The notes beneath the pieces are model-generated. The model did no database searches, was not told the DNA's origin, and saw nothing but the letters and a program-made list of their open reading frames with translations. Shown in pieces: positions 11,930 through 24,700 of a DNA stretch of 64,000 nucleotides (the stretch's first letter is position 1; each line of letters starts with the position of its first letter). Position numbers and translations under genes: made by a program. Source of the stretch: Geosiphon pyriformis uo1 (lineage: Eukaryota; Fungi; Glomeromycota); NCBI GenBank assembly GCA_016748015.1, contig JAAOMT010000007.1, positions 1 through 64,000 of the forward strand, read 5' to 3'.

Positions 11930-14900
11930 ATGATATTTTTTGAGTTGTATACTATGAACAGAACAATCATTAAAGATTGTTCTGGATTGATCTTAAAAAA
12001 TATAAGAATTATTGTTTAAAACTTTGTTGACTAAAAAGGGTCTTTTTCACTAGAAAATTTATCATTATAGACATTGTTTCTGTTTAAATAGTATTTTAAT
12101 ACTAAGTTACCAATATTTAAGGAAAATGTTTTATAAGTTTTCTTTTTCTTAAGCTTTTTTTGAAACTGTTTTATCTTTTTAAAGACAATTATTCATGCTT
12201 CTACCAAAAAGTCAAAAAAAGTATCAAGTTTTCTTTATAAAATGTTTTTATAATTTTCTATTGTGATTTCTTCAAAAGGTATTGTTTCAATATTAGTTTT
12301 TATTGATAGTATTGCCATGTCTTTATAATTTTCTATTGTGATTTCTTTAAAGAGTATTGTTTTAATATCAGTTTCTATTGGTAGTATTGCCATGCATTTA
12401 TAAAGCAGATAAAAAGATTCATAACTTGTTATGTCATGATTTACAGTTTTATAAGCAAACAAAACTAAAGGCAATACTTTGTTTTATAAGTTTGTTTTTT
12501 TACTGGTTTTGGCTAAGATTTTACATAATATTCTATTGAAATATTTTATTAGGCCATTTGTTTAAAAATGGTAAAAAGAGAAAAGTTTATGATGTATTCC
12601 CATTTTTCTACAAGGTTTTTTACTAGTGTACTAAGAAAAGCTCTTTTTCTATTAAATAAAAGTTCTTTGGAGCAGCCATGATGACAAATAATATTTTCAT
12701 ATACGAAATTGGCTATTGAGACTGCTGTTTGGTTTGGAGTAGCTTTTGTTTTTACTTACTTTGTAAGATAGTTGGTAGCTGTGATAATGTATCTATTGTC
12801 ATCAGAAATTATTGTTAAGAGTTCAATAATATTTATACTAATTCTGTCAAATAGTTGGTCAACAGAGATTGAATGAATATCTTTTTTTTGGTTGAATTTG
12901 CCTTTTTTTTGGCAGATGTTACAAGTTTTAATGTACTCAGCAATGTTTTTTCTAAAGTAGATCAATAATAGTAAGTTAAAGTTTTCTGAATTGTTTTTGT
13001 TTTTTCAAAGTGTTCAGCTAATGGATTAGTGTATATGTTGTAAATCACAATTTTTTTTTCAAATCTAATAACTCTTTGGAGACAGTTAAGATCTTTTTTA
13101 TTTCTTTTGTAAAATTGGTTCTAGTGAATCAAATAGAAATTTGATTGTTTACACAAATGTTCTTTTGCTGTCAAATGTATTCTAGTAGATATTGTTTTTT
13201 ACCCAAAAATTCTATTAAGGCAGAGTAGTTGTCCAAGTCTATTATCATATTTGTTTATGAGGTTATTACTAATAATTAAGTTGGTTTGGTTAAGAGATTG
13301 TACTATTATTGGATGATAAGTCTAGAAAAAACATAAGCATTTTGATGATTTGCTCCTTTGTGATGTTGAATATTATAGTCGAATTTATCCAAGTAAAATA
13401 TTTTAGCAAGTTATTTATTTGTGTTTTAGCTTCTTTTTATTGTACAGCCAAATCAAGGCTTAATAATCTGTTATTATTAGGAATTTGACACCAAGAAAAT
13501 ATTGGTTCTAGTAACTAGTAGCCCAAACTACTGCTAAATATTCTTGTTTAGTAACTGAATAGTTCTTTTCTGTTGGTGTAAGAGTTCTACTGGCATATAA
13601 TATAGTATGTTTTCTTTTATTTTTATTTTTCTGTAAAAAGATAGCACCAAGTCCATAGCCAGATATATCAGTGTAAAAAATGAAAGGTTGGTTCAGATTA
13701 GGTTGTTTAAAGATTGGTTTAATAATAAGTTTTTCCTTTAGTAGTTCAAAAGCTTTTTGTTAATGAGTATTCTAGTGATAATTAACATTTTTTCTGAGTA
13801 GTTGATTGAAAAAAAAACAATTTTAAAGAAATTTTTAATAAATCTGCAATAGTAGAAAACCAAACCAGGAAAAGAGTATAGTTCAAGAATATTCATTGGT
13901 TGTCTAATGTTTTGAACTTTTTCAACTTTAGCTGGATCAAAAAAGATTTCATTTTTTGTAATAAAATAACCAAAAAACTGGGTGGATTATTATCTAAAGA
14001 AAGATTTAATTGGGTTTATCTTAAAACCAGCATTTTTAACAAGATCTAAAACTTTTTGCAAGTGTTTATAGTATTTATCTCAGATTTTTGAGTATACTAT
14101 TATGTTATCTAAGTAGACTAAAACAAAGTTTTTTTTTACTGATTCAAATACTCTGTCCATTAGGCATTGAAAAGTAAAAGGGGTATTAGTGAGACCAAAA
14201 AACATAACTGTGAATTTATAAGTGTTATACTTGGTAATAAAAGCAGTTTTTTTTTTGCTTTCTGGATCTATTTTTACTTGTCAGAATTCAGCAGTTAAGT
14301 AAATAGTTGAAAAGAAAACAGCATCATTGAATTTGTTTAGCATTGTATCAATTTTGAGAAGTAAATATATGTTTCTTATAGTAATAACATTTAATTAGTG
14401 ATAATCAACACAGAAGTATAGAGTTCTATTTTTTTTGAATATTACTACAACTAGAAAAGCTTATTCACTTTTGGTTTCTTATATGAATCTAAGATTTTTC
14501 ATTCAGATTATTTCTTTCTTAATAAACTCATTATTGTGTTAATTGGATTAATAAGGCTTCAAATAAATTGGGCAAGTTTTTTTGGTGGTAATAGTGTGTT
14601 GTATTATATGGGTTTATTTAGGAATATCACTTTTTTTCGAGATAACTGGGCTATTTTTAGCCAACAAATTTTCAATGTCTATTTTTTTTTTCAAAAAAAG
14701 ACTTTCTTTGTTCTACAACTAATAATTAGATTTTAGGTGGTTTATTTTCAAAAAACTTCTGTGTTTCTTTTAGTTCTTCTTTGAGTATCAAATTAATTGG
14801 CTCTTAATCTTTGTAATAGATTAAACAGGACTTATATTTATCACTAGGAGAATACAAAGATTTATTGTACTAGTACTTGACACAAGGACCATGTCACCAA

Positions 14901-17520
14901 TAGTTTATTTGGCTTTCTTGTTAGGTTTTCTATCAAAAGTTCTTCTAAGGATATTATAGTAGGGCCAACAAATCAGCTTGCCATTTACCATGATTTTTTT
15001 TTGTTAGCTTTAATATTGTCCAGTGGTTTGCCATTGCTGGTAAAAATAATATAAGCAAGTTTAGCAGTTTTTTTTGTTCTTTTTGATCTTTTTTTTCATC
15101 ATTTTCATTATTATCTAATTTATCTAATTGTTCTTTTTCTTGGTTCTGTTTGGTTACTAAAGGTGTTGTTCAATAATGGCACTTAATCACAATAGGTTTT
15201 TACTACATTTAATGGTTAGCTTACAAAGTTCATAGTCAAGTAGTGCTTTGGTTTTCTTGAATCACTTATTGCCAACAATTATGGTGTATTTTTTTGCCTT
15301 AAATACTTTCATGTCAGTTTCAATGCTAATGTTATTGATGCAAACAGAAACAGCTTTGGCTATGCTTAGGCCTTTTTTCTTATTACCATGTATATTGGTT
15401 ATAGGCCAGATAAAAAATTCATTAATCTTTCTTTCAATGGCTTTCAAAAGTGTTTGGCAATTATGTTAACAAATGATCCACTGTCTAGAATCAGATTAAT
15501 GAAGTAATCAGCCACTTGGGCTTTATAAATTAAAGGTATAATATTGTTGTTATTAGTAAGTCTAGCTTGACAGAAGTGTTTGTTGGTTTTTGGTGTTTTA
15601 TTCTTTGGTATTAATAATTTGCAAAGATTTTTTCTGAACTGTGAGTGAGTTATTAGTTGGCCAAATATAATGTGTACTGAAATTTCTATGAGATTTCTAA
15701 TAACAGAATAGAGACCAAATTTTTGTACTATTTTTAGAGGTTCTAACTTTGGAGAATTTTTAAAAACTTTAGTCTTTGGTGGCTCATTGTTATTAGCAGT
15801 TAATGTGGATGCTTTGTTTGGGTTCAGAACAAAATTAATCTTGGCTTTTTTCTTCTTTCTTGTTAATTTAAAAGTGTTAATTGCTAGTTTATTTATATTA
15901 TAGTTATCATCAGTTAAATTAAAAATATAAAAGAGGTTTTTTTTTGTTGGGTTGTATTCTTACCCTTTAGAGGTGTGCTTACCAGTTTAAAGGCTAATAA
16001 ATAGTAGCTTTAACTAAAGAATTCTTTCCAAAAAAATTGATGTTGGCATGATTGAATCTTTAATTGGGAATATTGTTGTTGATGATTCTGTTGTTTTAAT
16101 TATTATTGTTTCTGGAAGCTAGAAAAAACAAAAGAGGATTGTTGCAATTTTTGGAAAAATGTCCAGTTAATTTACAGTAATAACACACAAGTGGACTACA
16201 AATTTTGTTGTCTTTGATAAGGGGGTTGCTGAAACTAATTAAAACAGAATTCAAATCTGGATCTTTGGGATTGTTGATTCTCTCTGACTGTTTGGGCTAA
16301 AAACTCTAATAATTAAACAAGATTGGCTGTGAGTTTATCTATCAATTGTTTATTGGAATTTGAAGTCTAAGCAGCAAAAGAAGTAGCAGTCATTTGGGGA
16401 GCAGGAGCCATAACAGAAGCAGGAGCAAAAACTGGAAATGTGGATCCCAAGTGCATTTTTTGATTGTCTTCAATTCATTGGACAAATTCAATAGCCATGT
16501 TTATTATGAGATTGTCTTTTAAGGCCAAAAAAAGCCAAAGAGCATATAAAGATCAATTCTTAATCCTTTTGTAAAAAAGTGAATTTTTTGCTTTTCTGTC
16601 CAGTTTTTTTTAGAGTTTACTTACTTGATTAACTTTCTGATCGCTTTGGCATATTCAGTTACAATTTTATCAGAACTTTGAGTTTTTTTTTAATTCCATG
16701 TGTCATTTGAATATTAAGATAGGAATTCTAAATTTTATTTCAAACTAGATAGTAAAAGAAGTGTTGTCTTCTTCAATATTTGCTGGTATTCATCTAATGA
16801 TTCTTTATTATGCATTGGTATTGGTTTCTTGTAAGAACTAAATAGTAAGAGAGTCTTAAAAATAGTTATCAATGATTTGAAACTTGTATTTATTATTATA
16901 TTAGTTGGCTGTGACAGCTCTTTCGAAGTCATCCAACCATTTAATTAAATCTTGTGCATCACTTCTAAATAATGAAAATAAGGTATTATTTCTTTGCCTT
17001 AAAGCAGTTTGTATGCCTTAGAGAACAATCAAAATGTTTTGTTATATAGAGTTATTAGTCATTGGTTCAAGAGTAGCTGTTTGTGTGAAATGTTCTGATT
17101 TACTTAAGAAGAAATCAAAAACAGAAGCAGTTTAATTGCTTTCTTTTTCTGTTTTAAAGAGTGTTTTAGCTAATTGATAAACAGCAATTCAAATGTGAAT
17201 TTGGTGATTTAAATATTCAGAATCAGAAAACTGTTGTTTAAAGATTGTAGAATATAAAAACTGATTGATATTGTTGTTTTTTTTTTCAAAGTTGTCTTTA
17301 AAATAAGCTTGGTTAAAGTAATAAATTATATAAACTGTATAAGTTTCAGCTGAATGCTTGTTTAGAAACCAGTTCTAAAAGCCTTAGAATTGTTTACTGG
17401 ATTGTTTTTTAATGGAGAAGCAAATCAAGCAAAAGGGCAAAGAATTGAGTTCAATAAAGTTTAGATTGTTTTTATTGTGTGCTTCAAAGTGTTTTTCTAA
17501 TTGTTGTAAAAAGTATGAAT
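11930..17520 (-). pseudogene. gag-pol: B1 gag-pol pseudogene (Gag with zinc knuckle, protease, RT, RNase H, integrase)
   Basis: Knuckle CYYCKLTGHFSKNC at 16144-16185, protease LILDSGS near 15475-15495, RT YLDN at 14104-14115, RNase H FYTDISGYGLGA near 13640-13680, integrase CNICQ...FDRISINI in ORF 12756-12965. Confidence 0.88.
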
Positions 17521-17582
17521 AATCACTTATATAATAGAAAACAAAGTGAATTTTGACAACCTCACAGAGAACACTACTTTTA

Positions 17583-18310
17583 TGTTATGAGTTGAAGTAA
17601 CAAGTTAATAGATAGCAAAGAAAAACAAGATTATAGAGTGATGAAAAGAATTAAAGGAAATTCAACTTCAAAGAGTAAATTGAATAAGTATAAATTTAAT
17701 GTGTGAGATCAATCTCATAAAATATCTTAGTTACTATATTTTTCAAAAGATAACTGAAAAATCTGAAGGTATAAGAATAATTTATACTGTTATCAAATAA
17801 TTACACACTGGTATAATTTTATATCTCATATTGGCACTCTTAGAATTCAATATTAAATATCAGATGTACTCTTCAGTTACAATTTATTCAATAATTTTTA
17901 AATGTTACAATTACATGTTTCAGGAAAAAAATAAAGAATAACCAACAAGTAATTTTTTATTCCAAAATGTTCAGATACTTGAAGGTAGAAAAAAAGAAAA
18001 TAGCAATAAAAAAAAGATTGAGATAAAAGTTGTTATTTTATTTTTTTGATTTTTTTGATTTTTAACATGCTATTTTACAGCTAAGAGATTTATTGCTTAT
18101 ATAGTTATCAAAAATAGTTAATGATCAGATCAATAACTAGGTTAATAATCAAATTAATGATCTGGTTAATAATCAGATTAATAATCAGATCAATGATCAG
18201 ATCAATAGTCAGGTTATTGATCACTATTTAAAAATAGGGTGGCAAATTATATGATATTAGTGGCTAATACATGTAATAACTAATAAAAAGTGTGAGTTTC
18301 AATCATAATA
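17583..18310 (-). repeat. 5' LTR of B1
   Basis: Direct repeat of 10505-11198; followed on the minus strand by taaaag and the PBS tagtgttctctgtgagg. Confidence 0.9.
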
Positions 18311-19741
18311 GTATTACTCATAGAAACAGTTATCTAACTTCACAAATTTAAAAATTATTTGATGCTTTTGGAGAAAAAAAATGGTTTTTAACATTAAAAT
18401 TAGACAGTAGTTACTGGCAAATAGTCATGAAACCAGAAAATAAGAAAAAAATTACATTCACTATAAGAAAAGAAAATTTTGAATACAATATTATGTTTTT
18501 TGGTTTAACTAATATTTCAGCCATCTTTTAATGGCTAATAAAAATTATTTATACTGGACTATTATGAAAATCAGCAGTAATTTATTTAGATAACACCAAT
18601 GTGTTCTCAAAAACATTTAATGATCATCTGTATTATTTTTAGCAAGTATTTAAAAGACTGAAAAGAGCTGAATTGAAATTAAATACAACCTAATGCTTCT
18701 TTGACAAGACTAAACTTAAGTTTTTGGAATATGTTATAAGCAAAAATAGCATCAAAATAGATCCAAATAAGATTGAAATAGTTAAAAATTTTCTAATACT
18801 AACTAATTTAACAGAATTAAGAATATTCTTAAGATTTATTAGATACTATTACTATTTTATTCAGAATTTTTCTAAATTGGCTTAACCATTTTACCAACTA
18901 TAAGCAAAAAATATTAAATATAAATAGACTGAAACCCAATAAAAAATTTTTATTACATTAAAAAAAAGCTTATTTAAGTTCCAGTATTGATTTATTTAGA
19001 TCATAACAAATCATTTATTATTATTACCAATATATTTAGTCAACTATTAAAAGCCATATTATTTTAGAAAAAATTAGATGGATAAGAATATTCAATAGCA
19101 TATGTCAGCCAAAGTTTAAGTCTAATCAAAAAAAATTATGAGATACCAACACTAAAATACTTAACTATCTATTAAGCAGTCATCAAATAGAAAAAATATT
19201 TGAATTAAAAGTTTAATGTATATACTAGTCACAAAAGATTGACATTAATCTAAAAGCAAAAATTTGGAGACAATTATCATACAAGATAGAAAATAAAACT
19301 CTTCCTATTTAATTATATAGTACATTATAAAAAGAGAAAAGAAAACAAAAATTCTAATAACTTGTTACAAATAAGACAAATCTAAGAACATTTTTACTCA
19401 AAAATATAACAAAAAATGAATACACAAAAACATTAACAACTCTAATATTATATCAATATTTAATAGTTCAAGAAGATATTATCTCAAAAAGAACAAAACA
19501 ACATAAAACAACAAGTAAAATATTTTATTATTTACTAAAATATCTAGATTAACTATTTAAAATAATTACAGAACCAAAAAAAAAAATATTATTCAACATG
19601 TATTTATATTCAACAGCAGAATATTTTCATAAAAAAACAATTATAAAAAGAACCAAAAAAAATATTACTGGCTATTTATATATCCAGATATTATTCAATA
19701 TGTTCAAAATTGTGATATTTGTCAAAAAAAAAAGAAACAAA
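18311..19741 (+). pseudogene. pol: A1 RT remainder, RNase H and integrase Zn finger (truncated)
   Basis: LKLDSSYWQI, VMFFGLTN, YLDN at 18583, AYVSQSLS and VQNCDICQ; colinear with A2 46000-47440. Confidence 0.85.
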
Positions 19742-20186
19742 TTTTTAATTATAAATAATAAATTTATTTTAGTAAGTTAAAAAATAAAATTGTTATATAA
19801 TATATTTATATATATTTTTTTAACTAATTATAATAATTAAATAAAGTAATAATTAATAAACAAATAATATAAAATATTTTTTTTTAATTCATTAAACTTA
19901 AATAAATTTGTAAACTTTAAATAAAATCTGAATCAAATTTAAATTTGTTAAAAAGTTTAACTTTAAACTTGAACTAAATCTATTTTAAAAATTTAAAAAT
20001 CCAAAAAGTATTCAAAGATTATTTATAAAAAACAAAGCTTTTAATCTAAGTTATATATATTAGTAGTATATTTAAAAATATGATCTAAATATTTTATAAT
20101 TCATACTTTAAGTAATTAATACTTAAATATTTAATATTATATCTTTTTTTTATATATTAATATTTATACTAAAAACTTTTTTTTGA

Positions 20187-20895
20187 TATTACAATATAAG
20201 TTATTTCTTAATTTTTAATTGTTATATATGTGTTTATCTACTCTTTTTTAAAAATTTAAATAAAAATTTATTTACTGTTTAAGATTTTTTTAAGGCTATT
20301 TTTGCGATTATTTAATGTGTTTTTCTAATTTAAAAACACAGAATATTATGGTTTTTAACATTTTTTTTAATTTTTATAATAAAACTTTTTATCAATTAGT
20401 AATAACATAAATAATTTTAAAAATTATTTTTCTAAAAGATTCAATTAATAAATAATAATTTTATTTAATAAATAACACAAATAGGTTTTTTAATACTTTA
20501 AGTTATAATAATTCAGTTTTTAATATTCTTTTTTATTTTTTTTAATTAAAAATATAAACTAAAAGATAATTAAAATAGAAATTATTAGATAAATTTATTG
20601 AATAATTTGTTTTATAACTTGTTGTTTTTCTTAATATTATAGTTATTAATATATATATTTTTGTAATTTTATGAGAAAACATATTGTAATACTTTTTTTT
20701 AATATCTCAATCTAGTGTTTGTTATTATTATCAATTAATGTTTGCTACTATTATAAACTAATACTTATTACTGTTGTAAAATAATACTTGTTACTATGTT
20801 AATTATTATTTTTCTAAAATTATTACTGTGGTTTATTATAATTGAATAATTTATATTATTTTATGATTTTTTTATTAAAATTTAAAACTGTAACA
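20187..20895 (-). repeat. 3' LTR of element C
   Basis: Ends ctgtaaca at 20895 next to a pyrimidine tract (the PPT on the minus strand). The right 250 bp match 58550-58794; the left edge is tentative. Confidence 0.62.
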
Positions 20896-21702
20896 TTATT
20901 TTTTTCTTTTAAAATTAAGTTTTATCAAAATCAAAGTTAATTTTTTATTAAATTCTAAATTGTTATAGTAATTTAATATTGTATTATTAATTTGTTGTTG
21001 TAATTTTTGAAATTGTAAATTAATAATCTATTTAATATAATTAGTAGTTATTATGTTTATAATTAAGTTTAGTAATATTTTGTAACAGTTTTTAAATGTT
21101 TTGAAAATTCTGTAAACTGTTTTTAAATAAAATATACTGTTGGTTTTTTCAATAAAACTTTCTAATTATTAAATTATTATTTTTTTAAATATTTTATTTA
21201 AGTTTTATGAATATATTATTTGTATATTTATATGTTTTTTAAGCTAATAATAACAGTAGTAAATTAGAAATTTTTTTTTTAAGTTGTTAAATATATTTAA
21301 TATTAATTTTTTTATTTTTATTTTTTCTAATATCAATGTATTATTTAATGTTATCTCTAATTTTTTGATACCTTTGCTAATAAATTTATTATTATGTTTG
21401 GTAATAATATTATATAATTCAAAATTATATTTTTTCTTTGTTTTTGGACTTTTTATTGTTTTTTTTATGTATGTTATTTTAAAGTTACTAATTGTAGCTT
21501 TTAATTAATTATTAAGTTATATTGTTAATATTTTCTGAAATAAGTATCATTGTTTTATTTTTTATTGCTATTTTGGATTTTTTTACATAAGTTTTTATGT
21601 TTGCTAAGTTATTTTTGATGTGATTTAAAATTAATTATTTTTTGAATAATATTTAATTAAAATTATTAATTTTAAATTTTATAGAATTTAATTTAATAAT
21701 AC

Positions 21703-24700
21703 TGTTACAAATTAAAGTAACAAGCTAATAGATAACAAGAAAAAACAAGATTATAGAATAATAGAATTAATTAAAGGAAGTTCAACTTTAAGAAACAAAT
21801 TAAATAAATAAGGATTCAATATGTGAGATCAATTTCATAAAATATTTCAATTGCTATTTTTTTCAAAAGATAACTGGGTAATCTAAAAATAGAAAAATAG
21901 TCTGTACTGTTAACAAATAATAATATATTGGTATAATTCTATGCTTTATATTAGTGCTTTTAGAATTTAATATTAAATATTAAATATATTCTTTAATCAT
22001 GTTTTATTCAATAATTTTCAAATATTACAATTATACAAATCAAGAAAAAAGTAAGTAAATGTCAACAAATAATTATTTATCTCTAAATATTTGAATACTT
22101 AAAAATAAGAAATAAGCAATAAAAGAAAGATTAAGATAATAGTTGTTATTTTATTTATTTTTAATCAATTGCTACATTGATATTTTCTATAGTTAAAAGA
22201 CTTATTGCTTATATAGCTATTAAAAGTGATCAATAATCAAATCAATAACTAGGTTAATAATTAGATTAATAATTAGATTAATGATTAAATTATTAATCAG
22301 ATTAATAATCAAGTCAATAATCAGATTAACAATCAGATTATTAATTAAGTCAATAATTACTATCTAAAAATAGAGTGGCTAATTATATAACATTAGTGGC
22401 TAATACATATAATAACTAATAAAAACTATAAATTTTAATTATAATATCATTTTTTTCAAAAAAATTGGACTTTAGTAAAATTAAGCTGTTTATAGACAAT
22501 CTATTTAAAGAGTTTTGTATAGCTTAAAGCTAACTAGTTTGTTAAAGTTTTTTGTGAATAAGATATATAATATCTATAACAAAATAAGTTTTGTATCTAA
22601 AAAATCAAATTTTTGTATAAGAGTTTTGCTTTTTTAGCAATAATCAAAACTCTTGAGATATCTAATCATATAATGCCCAAAATTTCCACTTGTATCTCTA
22701 AAGTTGTTTTTTTCAAGAGCTTTATATCTTTTATAATTTTATTAAGATAACCATAAAACTTAAGTTGTTTTTTATATAACAAGTTTTTATTTATGAGCAA
22801 AATTTCTGGAATTGTTTTTCGAATTATAATAAAAGATAAGAGTATTATTGTTGTTATACTTTTTGGCAAATATTTATCCATTTTCTTACCAATTTTTTTT
22901 CTTCTGGTAGTTGTTTTCTTTGGTCTAATAACAGCATGTATTTTATTGTTATTAGTTATAATAGTCTGTTTTTTAATAGTTAAAATAGCATTTGGATAAT
23001 TTTTGATTCAATATTTATGAAAAATATAAAAATGGTTTGAATGTTTTGATTTAGAAAATAATTGTTTATGTTGATTGAAAATATCTCTATTTTGGGAATA
23101 ATATATTTATTTATATCTGATTTTTGTTGATTATTTGAGCCAGTATTATCACAACAAATAACCAATTAAATTATTTATAATATTTTTTGAATCATGTATT
23201 ATAAAAAAAGTAATTATTAAAAAATGTTTTATATTAATCTTGTAAAATATATGAACTATTGTTTAAAATTTTATAGACTATAAAAAGTCTTTTCTACTGG
23301 TTAAAAAATTTATTATTATAGATATTGTTTCTATTTAAGTGATATTTTAAAACTAAATTACCAACATTTAAGAAAAGTGTTTTATAAGTTTTTTTCTTTT
23401 TAAGCTTTTTTTAGAACTGTTTTATCTTTTTAAAGACAATTATTTGTGTCTCTACTAAGGAGTCAATAATAATACTAAGTTTTTTTTGTAAAATATCTTT
23501 GTAATTTTTTATTGTAATTTCTTTAAAAGATATTGTTTTAATATTAGTTTCTATTGGTAGAATTATTATTTATTTATAGAACAAATAAAAGAGTTTATAA
23601 TTTATTATATCATAATTCACAGTCATATAAGCAAATAAAACTAAAAACAATACTTTGTTTTATAAATTTGTTTCTTTACTGGTTTGGCTAAGATTTTACA
23701 TAGTGTTTTGTTGAAACATTTTACTAAGCCATTTGTCTGAAAATAATAATAATAAAAAATTTATGATGTATTCTCATTTTTTTACAAAGTTTTTTAACCA
23801 GTGTATTAAAAAAAGCTCTTTTTTTATTAGATAAAAGTTTTTTGGAGCAGTTATAATAACAAATTATATCTTTATAAATAAAATTGGCAATAAAAACCAT
23901 TGTTTGATTTAAAGTAACTTTTGTTTCTACCCACTTTGTAAGATAGTTAATAGCTGCAATAATATATTTGTTGTTATTAGAAGTTACTATTAAAGGTTCA
24001 ACAATATTTATATTAATTCTGTTAAATAGTTAATTAACAGAAATTGAATGAATGTTTTCTTTGTAATTAGGAGTTTTTTTTTTTGGCAGATATTACAGAT
24101 TTTAATGTATTTAGCAATGTTTTTTCCAAGATAAAACAATAATAGTAAGCTAAGATTTTCTGAATTGTTTTTGTTTTTTCAAAGTGTTTAGTTAATAGAT
24201 TAGTATATATGTTGTAAATTACAATTTCTTTTTTTTTAAATCTAATAACTCTTTAGAAGCAATTAAGATCTTTTCTGTTTATTTTTATATAACTGGTTTT
24301 AATATATTAAATAAAATTTTGATTATTTGTGCAAATATTCTCTTTGCTGTTAATTGTATTCTAATAGATATTGTTTTTTACCCAAAAATTTTATTAATGT
24401 AAATTGGTTGTTTAAGTCTATTATCATGTTGTTTAAAAGAGAATTAATAATAATTAGGTTAGTTTGGTTTGTAAAAATTGTTTTATTATTGGGTAATAAG
24501 TTTAGAAAAAGCATTAGTATTTTGATAATTTGTTTTTTTGCAATATTAAATATTATAGTCAAATTCATTCAAATAGAGTATTCAATTAGTTATCTATTTA
24601 TGTTCTAGCTTTTTTTTATTGTATAGTCAAATCAAAGCTTAGTAATTTATTATTACCAAAAACTTTACACTGAAAAAATATTTATCTCAATAATTAATAG

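Larger units (their letters stand above)
10505..18310 (-). mobile_element. Ty3/gypsy LTR retrotransposon, family B, copy B1 (full-length, degenerate, no dUTPase), inserted in A1 RT
   Basis: LTRs at 10505-11198 and 17583-18310; 4-bp TSD ATAT/GTAT. Removing it restores A1 RT KLN-SIT-HRNSY. PBS near 17560-17576 and PPT near 11199-11214. Confidence 0.92.
3904..19741 (+). mobile_element. Ty3/gypsy LTR retrotransposon, family A, copy A1 (degenerate, 3'-truncated in integrase, two nested insertions)
   Basis: The 5' LTR, PBS, gag, protease, Cys-rich region, dUTPase, RT, RNase H and integrase Zn finger are colinear with A2 (40295-50046). Homology stops after CDICQ near 19741. Confidence 0.88.
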
